From Marsupella aquatica (taxonomy: Eukaryota > Plantae > Marchantiophyta), in NCBI GenBank assembly GCA_973895155.1, contig OZ316899.1:10505135-10569134 (forward strand): DNA of 64,000 bases, written 5' to 3'. The notes below the pieces were generated by a model. The model saw only the letters and a program-made list of their open reading frames with translations. It had not been told where the DNA came from and did no database searches. Position 1 is the first letter of the stretch; each line of letters opens with the position of its first letter. A program made the position numbers and the translations under genes. Of the stretch, positions 40,966-53,540 are shown one piece after another.

Positions 40966-41500
40966 AGGTACTTTTCCGATACTCAAAACACGCATTTCTC
41001 AACGCGCCCGATACTAAACACAACGGAAAACGTCCGATACTCCTAGCTACGGAACTTCCAATACTACCAACATCGGACATTATTATCCGATAGGTTTTGT
41101 ATCAAAAACATTATCCAATACCCCGCATATCGGACAATGTCCGAAACATCCTGTATCGCAAATTGAGAGCCGACATGTTTTTCAGACGTCCGATAATAAT
41201 AGTATCAAAAGCTAATTCCGATAGGTTTGGTTTCGGACATTTACCGATACAAGTCTTATCGGACATATTTTTGCGATACTAATTACAATGGAAATTATTT
41301 GCGAAGATTGAGGTATCGGTTACTGTCCATTGAAATTGCTATCGGACCCCTCCTCGGCTGCGGGCTTGAGCGTCCGATCTGTGGAGTATCGGATAGTGGC
41401 TTCCGATTGTTATAGTATAGGAAAATCCGATACTTTGAGGATGGGAAGGGGTTTTTTGCTTTGGCAGTACTGATGTGTGTTCGATATGTTTCCGATGTTA
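40966..41500. repeat. CACTA left subterminal repeat array (TCCGATA/TATCGGA-like motifs)
   Basis: Many direct and inverted copies of CCGATA/TATCGG. Confidence 0.8.
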
Positions 41501-41703
41501 TTTGAATGGGATATGATATGGAACTTTAGTGTTTTACAATGTCTAGGTTGCATGGAATTAATGGATTCAGATATGGGGCATACTTTAAGCAATAGATATG
41601 TATACTGCATGAAATTGTGGACAATGAGAAAAATCGTAGAATGCCGATAAAAAGATAGTGCCGGTAAAAATATACATGAAGATGGTGGGGTCTACAATTT
41701 ATA

Positions 41704-44700
41704 CTAACTCATGGGGGGTATGTCTCTATCTTCCACTACAACTACGTTGGGTCTCTCTTGGACTATGGACCGTGATCTGGGAATATACGGCATGACAATG
41801 GACCACTCGGGGTCATTGGGATAGGGTAGGTAAAAGCATTGCTCAAGGTGATGTGGGAAGGCAAAGGGATCTGAGGACCTCTAGTTGGAACTGATGACAC
41901 TATTTGCGGATGTCTTTAAACAAGTAAACCCGCATGCATCATCTTCACAAGTACGATTGTGGCCTACAAGATTCATCTTGAACCATTTGCACTTGAATAC
42001 CACTTCCTCCAAAGTAGTATGTGCATGGTACTTCACTGTTAGGATCTCCTCAATCTTCCCATAATGGGCCACGGTGGAGCGAATGGGATTCATGTCTGAC
42101 ATGCTACTCTGGGAATCTTGGGTGAACCAACCCATCACCCCACAATCCTGTGTAGCTGCCCTCTTCTCATCAAGTTGTTCCACACGAAAATGTCTCCCCT
42201 TTGACCACATGGCAGTCCGAGTCGTGACTATAAGTAGTGGACCATGAACCAAGGTACAAAGTTTATCTGTCACGTTTGGGTAGTGTAATACACTCTCCCC
42301 GGTACCCACCAGGGCATCCACTTCTAACAACTTCTCCTTCATGTATGGGTGAAACTTGGGAAATAACCGTGGGCGTCAACTATTTTGCTTCTCCTCCTCA
42401 TAAAATGTTCTCCACTCCCCGACAACCTCGGGTGAGTTATACAACATAAATGTTGTGAGCTGTAAATGCTCTGTTGAGCCTATGAGACGCTCTCCAGATG
42501 CCCAAGTGAGTCTATCATCCTTGTAGTCAGCCTCTCGTGCCGCCTCATCTATCCATCCCCTAGGAGCACTAGGATCTAGTGTGGCAACTATGTTTGTACA
42601 GTAAAACATACTCTCTGCTCCAAGATGACGCTCCGCAATGCTACCTTCCACCCTAGCGCGATTAAAGACATATGACTTCATCACCCCCATATAACACTCT
42701 ACCCAATACATCCATCGACAATGTACTGGGCCTGCAATTGCAACCTCGTGCACTAAATGTATGAGGAAATGAACCTGACCATCAAAGAATGAGGGAGGGA
42801 GTGCCTTCTCCAACTTGCAGACAACTCTACTCCAAATATCTCCATAGCAGCAATGTCATCCTCTTGTACCTCCTTTTGACATACCCATCTTAAGAGCTTA
42901 CCCAATCACCAAAGGGCATCACAAAGTTCCTCACTACCCAATCCAATAATAGCAACTGGAAGAACATGTTCAAGCAACCGATGATAATCATGTGTCTTCA
43001 AGAAAGATGGCCATTTTGGAGAATCCTCCCCCCCAAATGCCATCCAAAGATTGGTACCATAACCTGTGGGAAACCTCATCAACCCAATACGTCTGCGAAA
43101 CTCAATGCGCTCTGCCCTTGTCAAAACCCAAGGAGGATGGATGCTAGGGGGAGCACCAGGGGGGTCCAAAGATGGCCAAAAACCCAAAAGACCATGCATC
43201 CCCGTCTCCTCACAACTTTTTCTCCAATTGTTATTTTTCTCCCCATATAGATGGCGAATCAATGATTTCCCCACATTCCCCTCAATGTGCATAGGGTCTA
43301 ACAAGTGATTAATGGGCATATTTGACCAATATGGCAATTGTGACAATGCAGACAAACGGGTCATGCCACATCTGAATAATGGTAATGGATCACTCGGATC
43401 CTGAACTCTCCCCCATACCTCTCTCCAATATGCTAGATCCTTCCGCTGAGGTTGAGGACGAATATCAGGTTGGCCCTCATCAGTATCATAAAGGAATGGA
43501 TCACTCCTCCAAGGATGGTCTGGTGGAAGATATTTAGTATGACCAATGTAAACAATTTTTTGCAGAGTACTTGACTTGGGCCTGGCCACTCCCTCCAAAT
43601 CGGGTCCACATCTAGAGCAAGCTCGATAGCCTGATGTTTGCAATCCAGAAACATATCCAAACCCTGCCCAGTGCATAGAAAACACATTCATAAAATAAGG
43701 TTCATCAAGGCAAAAATCTGCATAATTGCAATTAAATACAAGGTTTAGGTACTAGAGGAAATAAGGGTTTACCATACCTGGTAAATCATGCATGGTCCAC
43801 ATAAGGATGGCCTTTAGAGTAAATACGCGGGATAAACCTCCTGTGTTGTGACGTCCATCATAACAATCCACTCCTCTCCACAGTTGTATCAACTCATCAA
43901 TCAATGGCTGCAAGTACACATCAATCTTTTTAACTTGCTTAGGACCCGGAATAATCATGGAGAGTAGTAGGTGACCTTTCTTCATGGCCATCCAAGGAGG
44001 GATGTTGTAGTTTGTCAACACTACTGGCCACACCAAATATGGTTTGGCTTTTCCTGTCAATGCAAAAGGGCTGATACCGTCTGCTGCCAAGCCTAGTCGA
44101 ACATGTCGTGGGTCAATTTTGAACTCTCCCCATCTATCCTCTACAAATTGATTGGCAGGAGAGTCAACCATCATCTGCATGGCACTAGAGGGTACAACCA
44201 TATCAGAATGATTTTGTGAGTGCCATACCATCATCTCAGGCAACTCTGCACATCGGAATTGATGTCGCAATCGAGGGATAAGAGGAAAGTACCTCATAAC
44301 CTTTTGCGGTACCTTCCCCGTCAACATGTCATCACGGTACCGTGGCTTTTGACATTTAGGACATGTAGTGGCATTTTCATGCTCACCCCTAAAAAGAATG
44401 CAATCATCCACACATGCATGTATCACCTCATACTTCAGGCCAATGGACCTCAACACCTGTTTAGCCTCTTTCCAAGAGGCTGGCAATGCGTTGCCTACTG
44501 GCAAAATATGATCATGCAAGGTACGGAAAACATCATCCAAAAGTAGATTGCTTGCCCCATGTCTTTGCTGCAAGTTGAGCAACAACATTATTGATGAGAG
44601 CCAAGATAACCTACTCCCCTTGAATATGCGAGTACGGGCATGACGTTGCGCCTCCTCCCATTGCTTGTCTTGGGACCCCCTAGAAGGATGTGGATGACTA

Positions 44701-46389
44701 GTCCTTTCATGGGTTGAACCAATGTCCTCCAAACCAATGTCATCATGATCATCATAGAATTGGTCCATGAGCTCATCCATGGCCCTCTCCTCATCAAGAT
44801 GGTCTTGGATAGGATCATCACCATCATGTCGTACCCCATCCTCTTGCCTTTGCGGTTCATGCCCACGGTTGGCCACCATGGCCTCAACAAGGTGTTGTCG
44901 CATAGCTCGTGATATTACCCCAATATCAGGCATTACATATTGATTCTATCATACAACATCAATTAATTAATCTCATCAACACATGCACTGCTGAACAACA
45001 TCATTCTCGTGTAAACATGTAAAATAAACTGACATATATATACATGTATGTAAGTCCAAGAAACTATCATGGACGACAACGCAAGGAAAATTTTGGTGCA
45101 TCCCACTCATACTCACACAATAACTCCTCACCAGCTCTAATGGTCCTAACAGCTACTGCCATGATATGGTCGTCCATATGTTTCACAAAATATGGATGTC
45201 TAGGTGGACCAAACATTTGAATCCACTCTACATTAGCCTCCAAACCTCTATCTCTACCTGTGGTACTATTGATGTACCCTGCTAAATTACCGTTCCAAAT
45301 AGGGTCACCATCAATCATCCGGCAATGCCACGGCCTAGTGAAGACCTCATCCAGGTCTGAGTCCATCCTCAATGCATACACACCCCAACTTGGGTGTTGA
45401 CGCAACAAAATATTCCAACTCTTGGAGTTATATACAGCCCCAATGTAAGGAAAGAGGTGCTCTCCATCATAACCACGTCTCCATGGCTTTGGAGGGACCA
45501 CAATATCCTCCAAAGCAAAAAGACCATATCCTATATCAGGACTAATAGAGGATGCCTTCACTATCCAAGGGCGACCCCATATCTGAACTGGTTCATCTGT
45601 AGGAATAAAATCTGGAAATTTGAAGAGACTTGGAGAAAAGTCCTTCAAAACTTTGGCAACCCTACCAGTGAGATAGGATAGTCCAAACCTGCCCTCAATG
45701 CAAATATAATCTACGTTACCGGCTGGTCGATCACTAGTACCTAACACCTCCTCTCGGCTGTCTACCTGGTCCAGTGGTCCATACTGCCGTCTACGTCTAC
45801 CAGATCGTGGTCGTGTACGTAGGACCCTAGTAGTCACAACCTCGGGCCGAGAGACCGGTTCCCCCTCTACATGCTCATGTGTGGGCACGGGAGTGGGGAT
45901 AGGAGCAGGTGGGCTAAGAGGCATCTGGGCAGGAGGAACTGCAAGCAACTCCCTGGCCCTTGCTAGAAACCCTTCCAACCACATAGCTTGAGGAACCAAA
46001 GGAGGTGGGGGCCTACGAGGCACCTATTTCAACACACGTACAATGGTTTTACACAAATCAATAAATTAAGTAGTGGGATGTAAATGCAAGATAATTAAGC
46101 AATACCCTAAATTGGAATGCATATATGGAATGAATAGGGGACATAAACATATCTGTACCTGGCTAGGCAAATACCCTGGCATATCACCCTCGTGGCGGCC
46201 ATAGTTCTCGATGTGCTCACAAGTCTCCCACGCATGTCGAACCACAAGTCCCTTACATCTCACACACCAGCAAGGTATGGGTCCTAGTGGAGCACGAGGA
46301 CGATCTGGAGGAGGGGGTGGAGGAACCTCCCCCTCAGACGAGCTTGTGTCTGAGTCTGAATCTGACATGGAACTATCAGAAGTAGACAT
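41704..46389 (-). pseudogene. CACTA TnpD-type transposase (transposase-associated Zn domain, Transposase_21, DUF4218/DUF4216-like); predicted exons 46389-46159, 44945-43778, 43663-41704; disrupted
   Basis: Motifs IPCWCVRCKG..CEHIENYG, IHACVDDCILF, DPRHVRLGLAADGISPF, DLPG|FGYVSG, LDPMHIEGNV, FFDGQVHFLIHL, GPVHCRWMYWVE and YGKIEEI..FKCKWF. GT-AG introns are in phase. Confidence 0.9.
45067..46023 (-). CDS. SET-domain (protein-lysine methyltransferase-like) exon carried by the CACTA; predicted to splice to exon 46389-46159, giving ~395 aa
   Basis: Open 318-codon frame with GYGLFALEDI, FPYIGAVY, YALRM..MIDG, GNLAGYINST..ANV and AVAVRTIRAGEELLCEYEW. AG acceptor at 46025-46024 is phase 0. Confidence 0.85.
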   Translation of the reverse strand: MPRRPPPPLVPQAMWLEGFLARARELLAVPPAQMPLSPPAPIPTPVPTHEHVEGEPVSRPEVVTTRVLRTRPRSGRRRRQYGPLDQVDSREEVLGTSDRPAGNVDYICIEGRFGLSYLTGRVAKVLKDFSPSLFKFPDFIPTDEPVQIWGRPWIVKASSISPDIGYGLFALEDIVVPPKPWRRGYDGEHLFPYIGAVYNSKSWNILLRQHPSWGVYALRMDSDLDEVFTRPWHCRMIDGDPIWNGNLAGYINSTTGRDRGLEANVEWIQMFGPPRHPYFVKHMDDHIMAVAVRTIRAGEELLCEYEWDAPKFSLRCRP

Positions 46390-46705
46390 CTGCATGCATG
46401 AAGTACACTCATTCATGTAAGCTGCATAAAAGAAGACAAGTGTTGGAGTATCAAAATAGAATTAATTAATTCATGACATACAAAAGTCCTGTTGTACCTC
46501 AATGATACCCGCGCTTTGCCAGCCTACCGTGTCGTATTTTCTACACACAAGGTGTGGGACATCCAAAATCTCTGCATATATGGGTGAGCATTTTGCTAAT
46601 GAGCATACATAATCTGTAAGTGCGAAAGAGTGTAGGAAGAACACACCACATATAAAAAAATTTCAACATACAAAGTAAGTGTAAATGATGCGGCTCGTGA
46701 AGCGG

Positions 46706-47410
46706 GGACATCATACCTCCTGGATGCGCGGTCTCACACTATGCATAGTGCATTGTCCAAAACAAAATCTACCTACCCCCTCACAAACATTGAACCACCC
46801 CTCCAAACGCAAGGTACTGTGCATCAAATCCAACACAACCATTAGCCTAATATATGGAGGTTGAACCTTATCCTAAGAAAAGGTGTAACCTTATCCTAGT
46901 AAAACCCCATAACCCTAAGCCCATAAACCCATCCAAAGAAATTATCCAAATAGCTTTCACCCAGAAATGGTTCATACAAAAATTTCTTGTAGTATTTTGT
47001 CTATCATATATCATAGTATTGAGTTCCCATCACCACAACCATCCCTAAACTTGCAAGGAACTTGCAAGAGGACATCATACCTCCTGGATGCACGGTTTCA
47101 TGCATAGTGCATTGTCCAAAATCGAAACCTCCCTACCCCCTCAAAAAAAGTTAACCACCCCTCCAAAAGCAAGGTACTACACATCAAATCCAAACATAAA
47201 GATTAGCCTAATGAAGGGGTTTAATATTATCCTAACAAAAGGTATAATGTTATACTAATAAAACCTCTACGTACACCCACAATCCCCTATAAAGAAATGA
47301 AACAAAAGGCTTTCACCCGAAAATGATTCATACAAAAACTTCTTGTAGTATTTTCTTGATCTTTACATATCATAGTATTGAGTTCCCATCACCACAACCA
47401 CCCCTAAAAC
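46706..47410. repeat. Diverged ~360-bp tandem duplication in the CACTA divergent promoter/5' UTR region
   Basis: GGACATCATACCTCCTGGATGC...GTATTGAGTTCCCATCACCACAACCA occurs twice (from about 46706 and 47069). Confidence 0.8.
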
Positions 47411-48065
47411 ACCAAGACTCTATACACAATTGCATCATTAATTAGAGCCCAATATCTTAAGCATGCAAGACTATAGCTTATCAAAAAAATTACATAGTCC
47501 GGTACAAACCCCAAAATTTGTTCTCCGCAACAAAGAAACTTGCAAGAGGTCCCTCTACATGCATGACACGTTCACTGTCCCGTTCACATATGTAGAGCCC
47601 TACAAAATGCGGATTCAAATATGAAAGCAAATAATAACTCCAACCATGTGCCCTTACCCCATACAAAACCTAAATATCCTAAATTATACTCTAAACCCTC
47701 CAATACCATACCCAACCCAAATTCAAAACATTATATTGGACCCCCTTTGGGAAAGCCAAGAGGTATCCGATATAACTTCATGAGGGGTCCGATGCAATAG
47801 GAAACGGGCCACACTTGGTAAATACACGGCCACAAGAAAGGGACAAGGGGTCCGAAGCAGATAGTTTTGGAAAGTCCAATTGCGTGTCCGATACCTTTGG
47901 TTTCGCAAAGTCCGAAACAAAAAGAATCGAAAGCAGAAGGTTTTGTTTCGGAAAAATGAACCGATGCAGGTGCGAAGACCCGCGCGTCAGGCCCTGTTTT
48001 GCACTTGGTGTTTTTCAAATTTTTTGAAGCTGGATCAAGGAGGAGAGCTTGAAGGAGGAGGAGAG

Positions 48066-50416
48066 ATGGAGGGGGCCGGGGGATCAGGTGGTGGGGGAGA
48101 CCAAGGGGGATCAGGTGGTGGTGGAGAGCAAGGGGGACCGTCCCAGCCATACAATGAAGTTATGAGGGACATTTTTGTGGCCAAGGCTAGGCTGAGTGTG
48201 GAGGACGCGGAGAGAGTAGTCCCACTCCTCCAAACGCTGATTGATGCCTCTCGGCGTGAGGCAGAGAAGACTGCTGCTGCAAGCATTGCAAGTGAGAAGG
48301 AGGCAAAGAAGAGGAAGAAAGAGGCAAAGAGAGGCAAGGGGGATGCAGAGGAGACACTATCTCCAAGAAAATGAGAGAAAAAGCTTTGAAAAGAAGCTAG
48401 GGCAATTGAGAAGGTGCGATTGGAGGAGCAGAGGCGAAAGGAGGCAGAGAGAGCTCTCAGGCCGGAGCTAGCTCTCAATTTGGGTGGTGGTCCATTGCCT
48501 AAGAGCTACCATCTATTCCGAAGCCAATTCAAGCAGGTGTTGAGGGCCAATTTGGGGCCACTGGATTACTGGGGCAAGAAGAAGGAGGAAGAGAGATTGA
48601 GAATCAGAGAGCAGGTGAAGGAACGGTTCAGGAATGGGGTCTACATTGATGACAGGTTCCTAAACAAAAAAATTTCAGCATCACTCTCAGACATGCGCAA
48701 TCATCAGCGAGAGAAATTCAGAAAGTACCTTGGAGATATGGTAGTGGATGCAGAGGTGATCAGGGAGGAGGGTTGTCCAGACGATGTTTCCCCCGATGAG
48801 TGGGCGGCTTGGCTTGAGGAGGAACTCTCAGTCCATGCCTGGCTGAAAAGAAGACATTGGGACAACGAAATTAGACTGGCAGAGGAGAAGCAAAAGGCTG
48901 GGGAGAATGTTGATATCCTCCCCCTTCAACAGAACCTGCAACAATGGGCAGCTCAGGCAGCAAGACTCCCCAAATCACCAAGGCACATCATAGCAGCATT
49001 GGAGAGAGTGCAGGGGAGGCCAACCATCACTCACTGGATGGGGCAAGGTGGCTCCAATCGATTGAAGGCTGAGTTTGTAAGTGCCCTCCCTCTCCTCCCC
49101 ACCTCGACTCCCTGATCACCTGACTCCTCGCACGAAGAATGAGTTGTTTGTGCCTTATGTTTTTTGTTTAAACCCTTTGCAAAACTCGTTTTTGCTCTCG
49201 GGCCTATTCTTTCCGATACTCATCTGATAGGTTTTGCATTGGAAGCAGCATCGGATACCGTGTCATGCCATTTTGCCTATTACGCATCCAATATATGTCC
49301 GATGCAGGCTGTATCGGACTCTGCATCGGACCCCTCGGCAAACATTTAAATTTTTGAATGAACGTACTTAACATTAATTTTTTACTAGGGTAGAGTATAA
49401 GTTAGGGTGAACTATGGTTTAAGGTTACATTAGGGCTACGTAGGGTGGCTTGGTTTAGGGTAGGGCACGCTAATACTAGATTTGATATTAACCTGGCCTC
49501 TATGGGTTGGATCTTTAAATTTCAGGAGCGGGAGTATGGTCGCCCTATTGCGCCGTTGGAGAGGAATTTGGCAAAGACGGATGGACCCCGCGCTCTAAAG
49601 CGCCACCTTGAGGATGAGTTGGGAGAGGTAAGTGTTCACCCTAGGGTGACATAATGTTTAAGGTTGTCATGAATTTGTTAGAGTTATGGTCGGGACCATT
49701 CATTCTAACCGCAATTAAACCCTATTGCGCAGGATGAGGAGGGGTCTGGGTCGGAGGAGTTGGACTCAGATTCTGAGCAGGATGCTGAGGCAGGGTTGGG
49801 GAGGGTGCCCACAGTCACCCGTACTCCTCAGGTCCGAGGTGTTGTTGCCCCATCTGGTGCTGTTGCCCCATCAGCAGGGAGGGGTGGGTCACATGCTGCT
49901 GATGGTGTGGGCTCCCATCGCTCTGGAGCATCATGTGGTGCAGGGCCCAAGCACTCAGGGGGTAGTAGAGGTGATGGCATGGGACTAGGCCATTGCGTAG
50001 GAGTATCTGGTGCAGGTGGCCCTTCCCAACGAGGTAGTGGCGACGTGCCGGATGGTGGATCTAGAGGGTGCGCACCATCTCGTGAGTCTGGTGGGAGTAC
50101 AGCACGACATGGGCCACCCATAGGATCTGTCGGCGCACCATCCCATCACTCTAGCAAGTCGGCGGGAGGAGCTGAGGCCTCCTTTCACTCTGCCGTGTCG
50201 GGGGTTGGTGGGACATCTACCTTGCCTGACCACCCTAGCGGTGCATCTAGTGGGTTAGGGTCTAGGCCTGCATCAGGCCAACCCATGCCATCTGGTGAGC
50301 AGGTGGCTGCCACGGTTGTGGGCAGCCAGAGGGAGAAGGGCTCTCATGATGCTAGACCTGTACCCACCCTTCGTTCTCGCCCAAAGAAGAAGAAGGGACG
50401 CAACACACCTTTTTAG
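48066..50416 (+). pseudogene. CACTA second gene (TnpA-like position), predicted exons 48066-49076, 49526-49627, 49733-50416, ~600 aa, two in-frame TGA
   Basis: Phase-0 GT-AG junctions link ORFs 47880-48374, 48414-49115, 49445-49654 and 49760-50416. It has a HWMGQGG motif, a Gly/Ser-rich tail and a basic NLS-like PKKKKGR. Confidence 0.65.
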
Positions 50417-50749
50417 AGGTTAGTTGCATTTAGGTGGGTATCTAGTGCTAGACAGCTTTGATTAGACACTCACTAGGAGGTACCTTGTATATAGCTAGTG
50501 TAGTCTCTAGTCAAAGCTCTCTTTACATCTTCTATCGTGCCATCACAACCAGGAGGGGTCTACCCGGTAGGCCTAATCCATTTTGTACATATTGGGGTGA
50601 TCCCCTTTTTGAATATGATATTTTGACCTCGTGTTTATAGCATTATCTTTGGTTCCTAATTGGTGTATGTCACCTTCAACCCCAAACCAATACCCAAACC
50701 CCCAAAAAACCACCCATGAAACCCTGTATTCCACCCCCAGAACATTTGA

Positions 50750-51246
50750 TAATCTGTTGCAAGTCCGTTACCATCCGTATCGGTAATATAGTAGTGTTCG
50801 ATGCTGCTACCTTTGAACTTTCCCATCCCCAACGCATCGGACCCCTCCTTCAAGGTTCCCATCTTAAATCTATCGGATAGTCCGATACAAAAAATAGCGC
50901 ACTTTCCGTTTTGATAAATAACGCAATGTCCGATACAAATTACTTCGCAAATTGCCATATGAAATCTATCGGACATCCCGATTTAAATAGGATCGGACAT
51001 AGGAAATTGTCGTGTGCCGTCGTGTGTTAGTTATCTGATTCATTTTACATCGGACCTAAAATATCCGTAACACGTTACAACGGAACTTCCGTTGCCCAAA
51101 ATATTGGAAAGTCCGATGGAAGTCTGATGGTCGATATGCGATAGTTTGGGCATCGCAAAGTGCGTTGGGAATTGCATCGGATGATAAAAAAATTGCGTCA
51201 ATTTTCCTGAAGGGATCCGATGTAAATCCTATCGAATAAAGGCCCA
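50750..51246. repeat. CACTA right subterminal repeat array
   Basis: The same ATCGGA/TCCGAT motifs in both orientations. Confidence 0.8.
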
Positions 51247-52347
51247 AAAATGTACTAGTGTTTGGATTATGTAATGGGCCCAGCACGTTTCAGAGGCTTA
51301 TGATGATGCTGTTTCATGAATACTTAAATCAATTCATGCAAATCTTCCTTGATGATTTTACAATCTATGGAGAGGAAGATCAGCACATAAACCACGTAAG
51401 ATTATGTCTTTTAAGATGCAGAGAAGGAGGGGTCAGTTTAAACCCAGACAAATGTACATTCTTTGTACCATCCGGGAAGATATTGGGTCATATTGTCTGC
51501 AAGCAGGCTTTATGAGTAGATCTTGACAAAATTAAAATTATAAAAGAAATGCCAGTACCCACAAGCGCAACACAAGTGAGAAGATTTTTGGGAAGCGGGG
51601 TTTTTATCGACGTTACATTAAAGGTTACTCGAAAATCAATGCCCCTTTAGCGCGATTAGTGGGTAATCGTCAAGCTTTCAACTGGGATGACGATTGTCAG
51701 AAGGCTTTCAAAAAAATCAAGGAATGGCTATGTCACACACCAATACTCAAGGAGCCGGATTGGAAGAAGGAGTTTCATTTGCACACCGACGCATCATTGG
51801 TAGCAGTTGGAGCGATATTGGCACAAACAGGAGAACAGGGTATAGATTTACTCGTTTATTATGCAAGTAGGTTACTAAATTTACATGAAAAGAATTATAC
51901 CACCACTGAAAGGGAAGCATTGGCCATGATTTTTGCTGTGATAAAATTCAGACACTACTTGTTAGGAAACTGTTTTGTATTCTTTGTGGACCACAACGCC
52001 TTGGTTAACTTAGTGAACAAACCTCAACTATCAGGAAGGATAGCCACATGGATTCTTTTGTTAGCAGAGTTTGATTACACTATTATTTACAAACCAGGAA
52101 GAACACATGTCATACCAAATTATTTGAGTAGGTTAGAATTGGGAGAGGCATCTACAATGGTAGATGATCAACTACCTGACATGGGATTATTCCAAGAGGA
52201 AAAAGGGGAGTACCCGGTAAATTTGGTTACTCTGGATGATGAAACCAATTTGGAAAGGTATTTAACCTATTGTAACCTTTGTGAGAAAAGTAAAAAAATA
52301 TAAAGGAGTGAGAGTTCGCTCCAAAAAGTGCTTGTCGCCTGTCCCAA

Positions 52348-52686
52348 TTGCAACCAGAAATGCGTAGTTTGCCCGAGGAGGCCCTAACTTTAAGTCCTCG
52401 CGACATTGGCGACCATACTGGGGATTCCTTGGGGCGATTGGATGAGATGGGTGACTATGACGAAGTTGATCGGATCTCAAGCATTGTCATGACGATGATG
52501 AGAACCATAAGGAAGGAAGAGCTTGAGGCAGAAAGGGCAAATAGGGAAGCGAATAGAACTACTCGGTGTCTCCAAGAGGTTCTAAAGGAGAATGGGCAGT
52601 TTGATGGGAGAAATGTGACAAGCTACCTTAAGTCTTACTTGGCATAAGCAGCTATCTACAAGTTGAACGAAGGGACGGCGGTGAAA
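52348..52686 (+). pseudogene. Gypsy element F gag, N-terminal part (target of the MULE)
   Basis: Motif GQFDGRNVTSYLK; reads LNEGTAVK|EFMVLAE in frame across the MULE. Confidence 0.75.
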
Positions 52687-53064
52687 GGGGGTTTGTATGG
52701 TGCGAGGAAATAGGAGAAATTGACAGCGAGGTTAATGTTTGCTAGCGAGGTAAAACTAATGGTCAGAGTGGCAGATTGGGAGGATAGTGAGGTTTCTACA
52801 ATAGAAATGAATCTTTTTTCCAGAATGGGATCATTCCATTCTATGTCCAGCGAGGTCGCTAGCCTTCAATCATTGACAAACCATATGAATATACACAAGT
52901 GAAACACCAGGCGGATATGAAAATGCATAGTGAATCAATGAACTCAGATATCAACCCGTTTTATAAGTCATGTTTCCAAAAAATGTACTGCCTCCAATAT
53001 TTTGTCAAAACTGACAGTAAGTTTGAGTAAACATTGCAGAGCTATCCTTTGATTCCCTAGAAAA

Positions 53065-53481
53065 TCATAAGTCACTTGAATGACTTTCATCCGACTCTAT
53101 ATCATTCCTACTACTAGTATTGCTCTGGTCACTACTGAAATCCCGACCAGTTGACTCAACAGACTCATCAACATATTGCTTAACAAAGCATGCCTCATCT
53201 TCAACAAAAGGCAAGCAATACAAATTTTGTTTGGCTCCACGATGTGACCTACGACCTTTGCCTTCCCAAGTGACCACAAAAGCATTATCCGCCTGAATTG
53301 CCGATTTCTCTGCATAGCAAGGCAGAGTAAATGTCTTCTGAGGGGAAACAATCGAAGATTCTTCAACCTTCCTTCGAAGCCAAAATCTCTCTTCAGAAAA
53401 CCAGTCGACACGAGTATCTCTGAAATCAGGATAAAAATCACAGCAATATGAATGACAGATCCAATCAAAAGACAGTAGCAA
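53065..53481 (-). CDS. Small ORF of unknown function downstream of the MTase-like gene (possible extra exon or gene remnant)
   Basis: 138-codon open frame inside the MULE with no recognisable motif. Confidence 0.25.
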   Translation of the reverse strand: MLLSFDWICHSYCCDFYPDFRDTRVDWFSEERFWLRRKVEESSIVSPQKTFTLPCYAEKSAIQADNAFVVTWEGKGRRSHRGAKQNLYCLPFVEDEACFVKQYVDESVESTGRDFSSDQSNTSSRNDIESDESHSSDL

Positions 53482-53540
53482 GCTTCACCAACCAATTGAT
53501 TAAAGCAAGGGAATCTGGTATAAGCAAGAGGATCAGTACA

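Larger units (their letters stand above)
40952..51260. mobile_element. CACTA (En/Spm) DNA transposon, 10,309 bp
   Basis: 14-bp perfect TIR CACTAGTACATTTT, 3-bp TSD TTT, and dense TCCGATA/TATCGGA subterminal repeats. Confidence 0.97.
38200..52303 (+). pseudogene. Gypsy element E gag-pol (gag, PR, RT, RNase H), heavily degraded, split by the CACTA and truncated before the integrase core; start approximate
   Basis: Motifs CEIHMRPGHTTQEC, VLLDGGSAVN and FLDGYSGYSQV. LVLPF|GLCNGPSTFQR is restored in frame across the CACTA, followed by FLDDF, LHTDAS and NYTTTEREAL. Confidence 0.88.

Noticed and set aside
40966-41500. CRISPR-like or satellite array
   Set aside because: The motifs are short (6-8 bp), irregularly spaced, in both orientations and next to a CACTA TIR, i.e. 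ordinary subterminal repeats.
45067-46023. Host SET gene lying between transposons
   Set aside because: It is inside the CACTA TIRs, between two transposase exons, and starts at a splice acceptor rather than an ATG.
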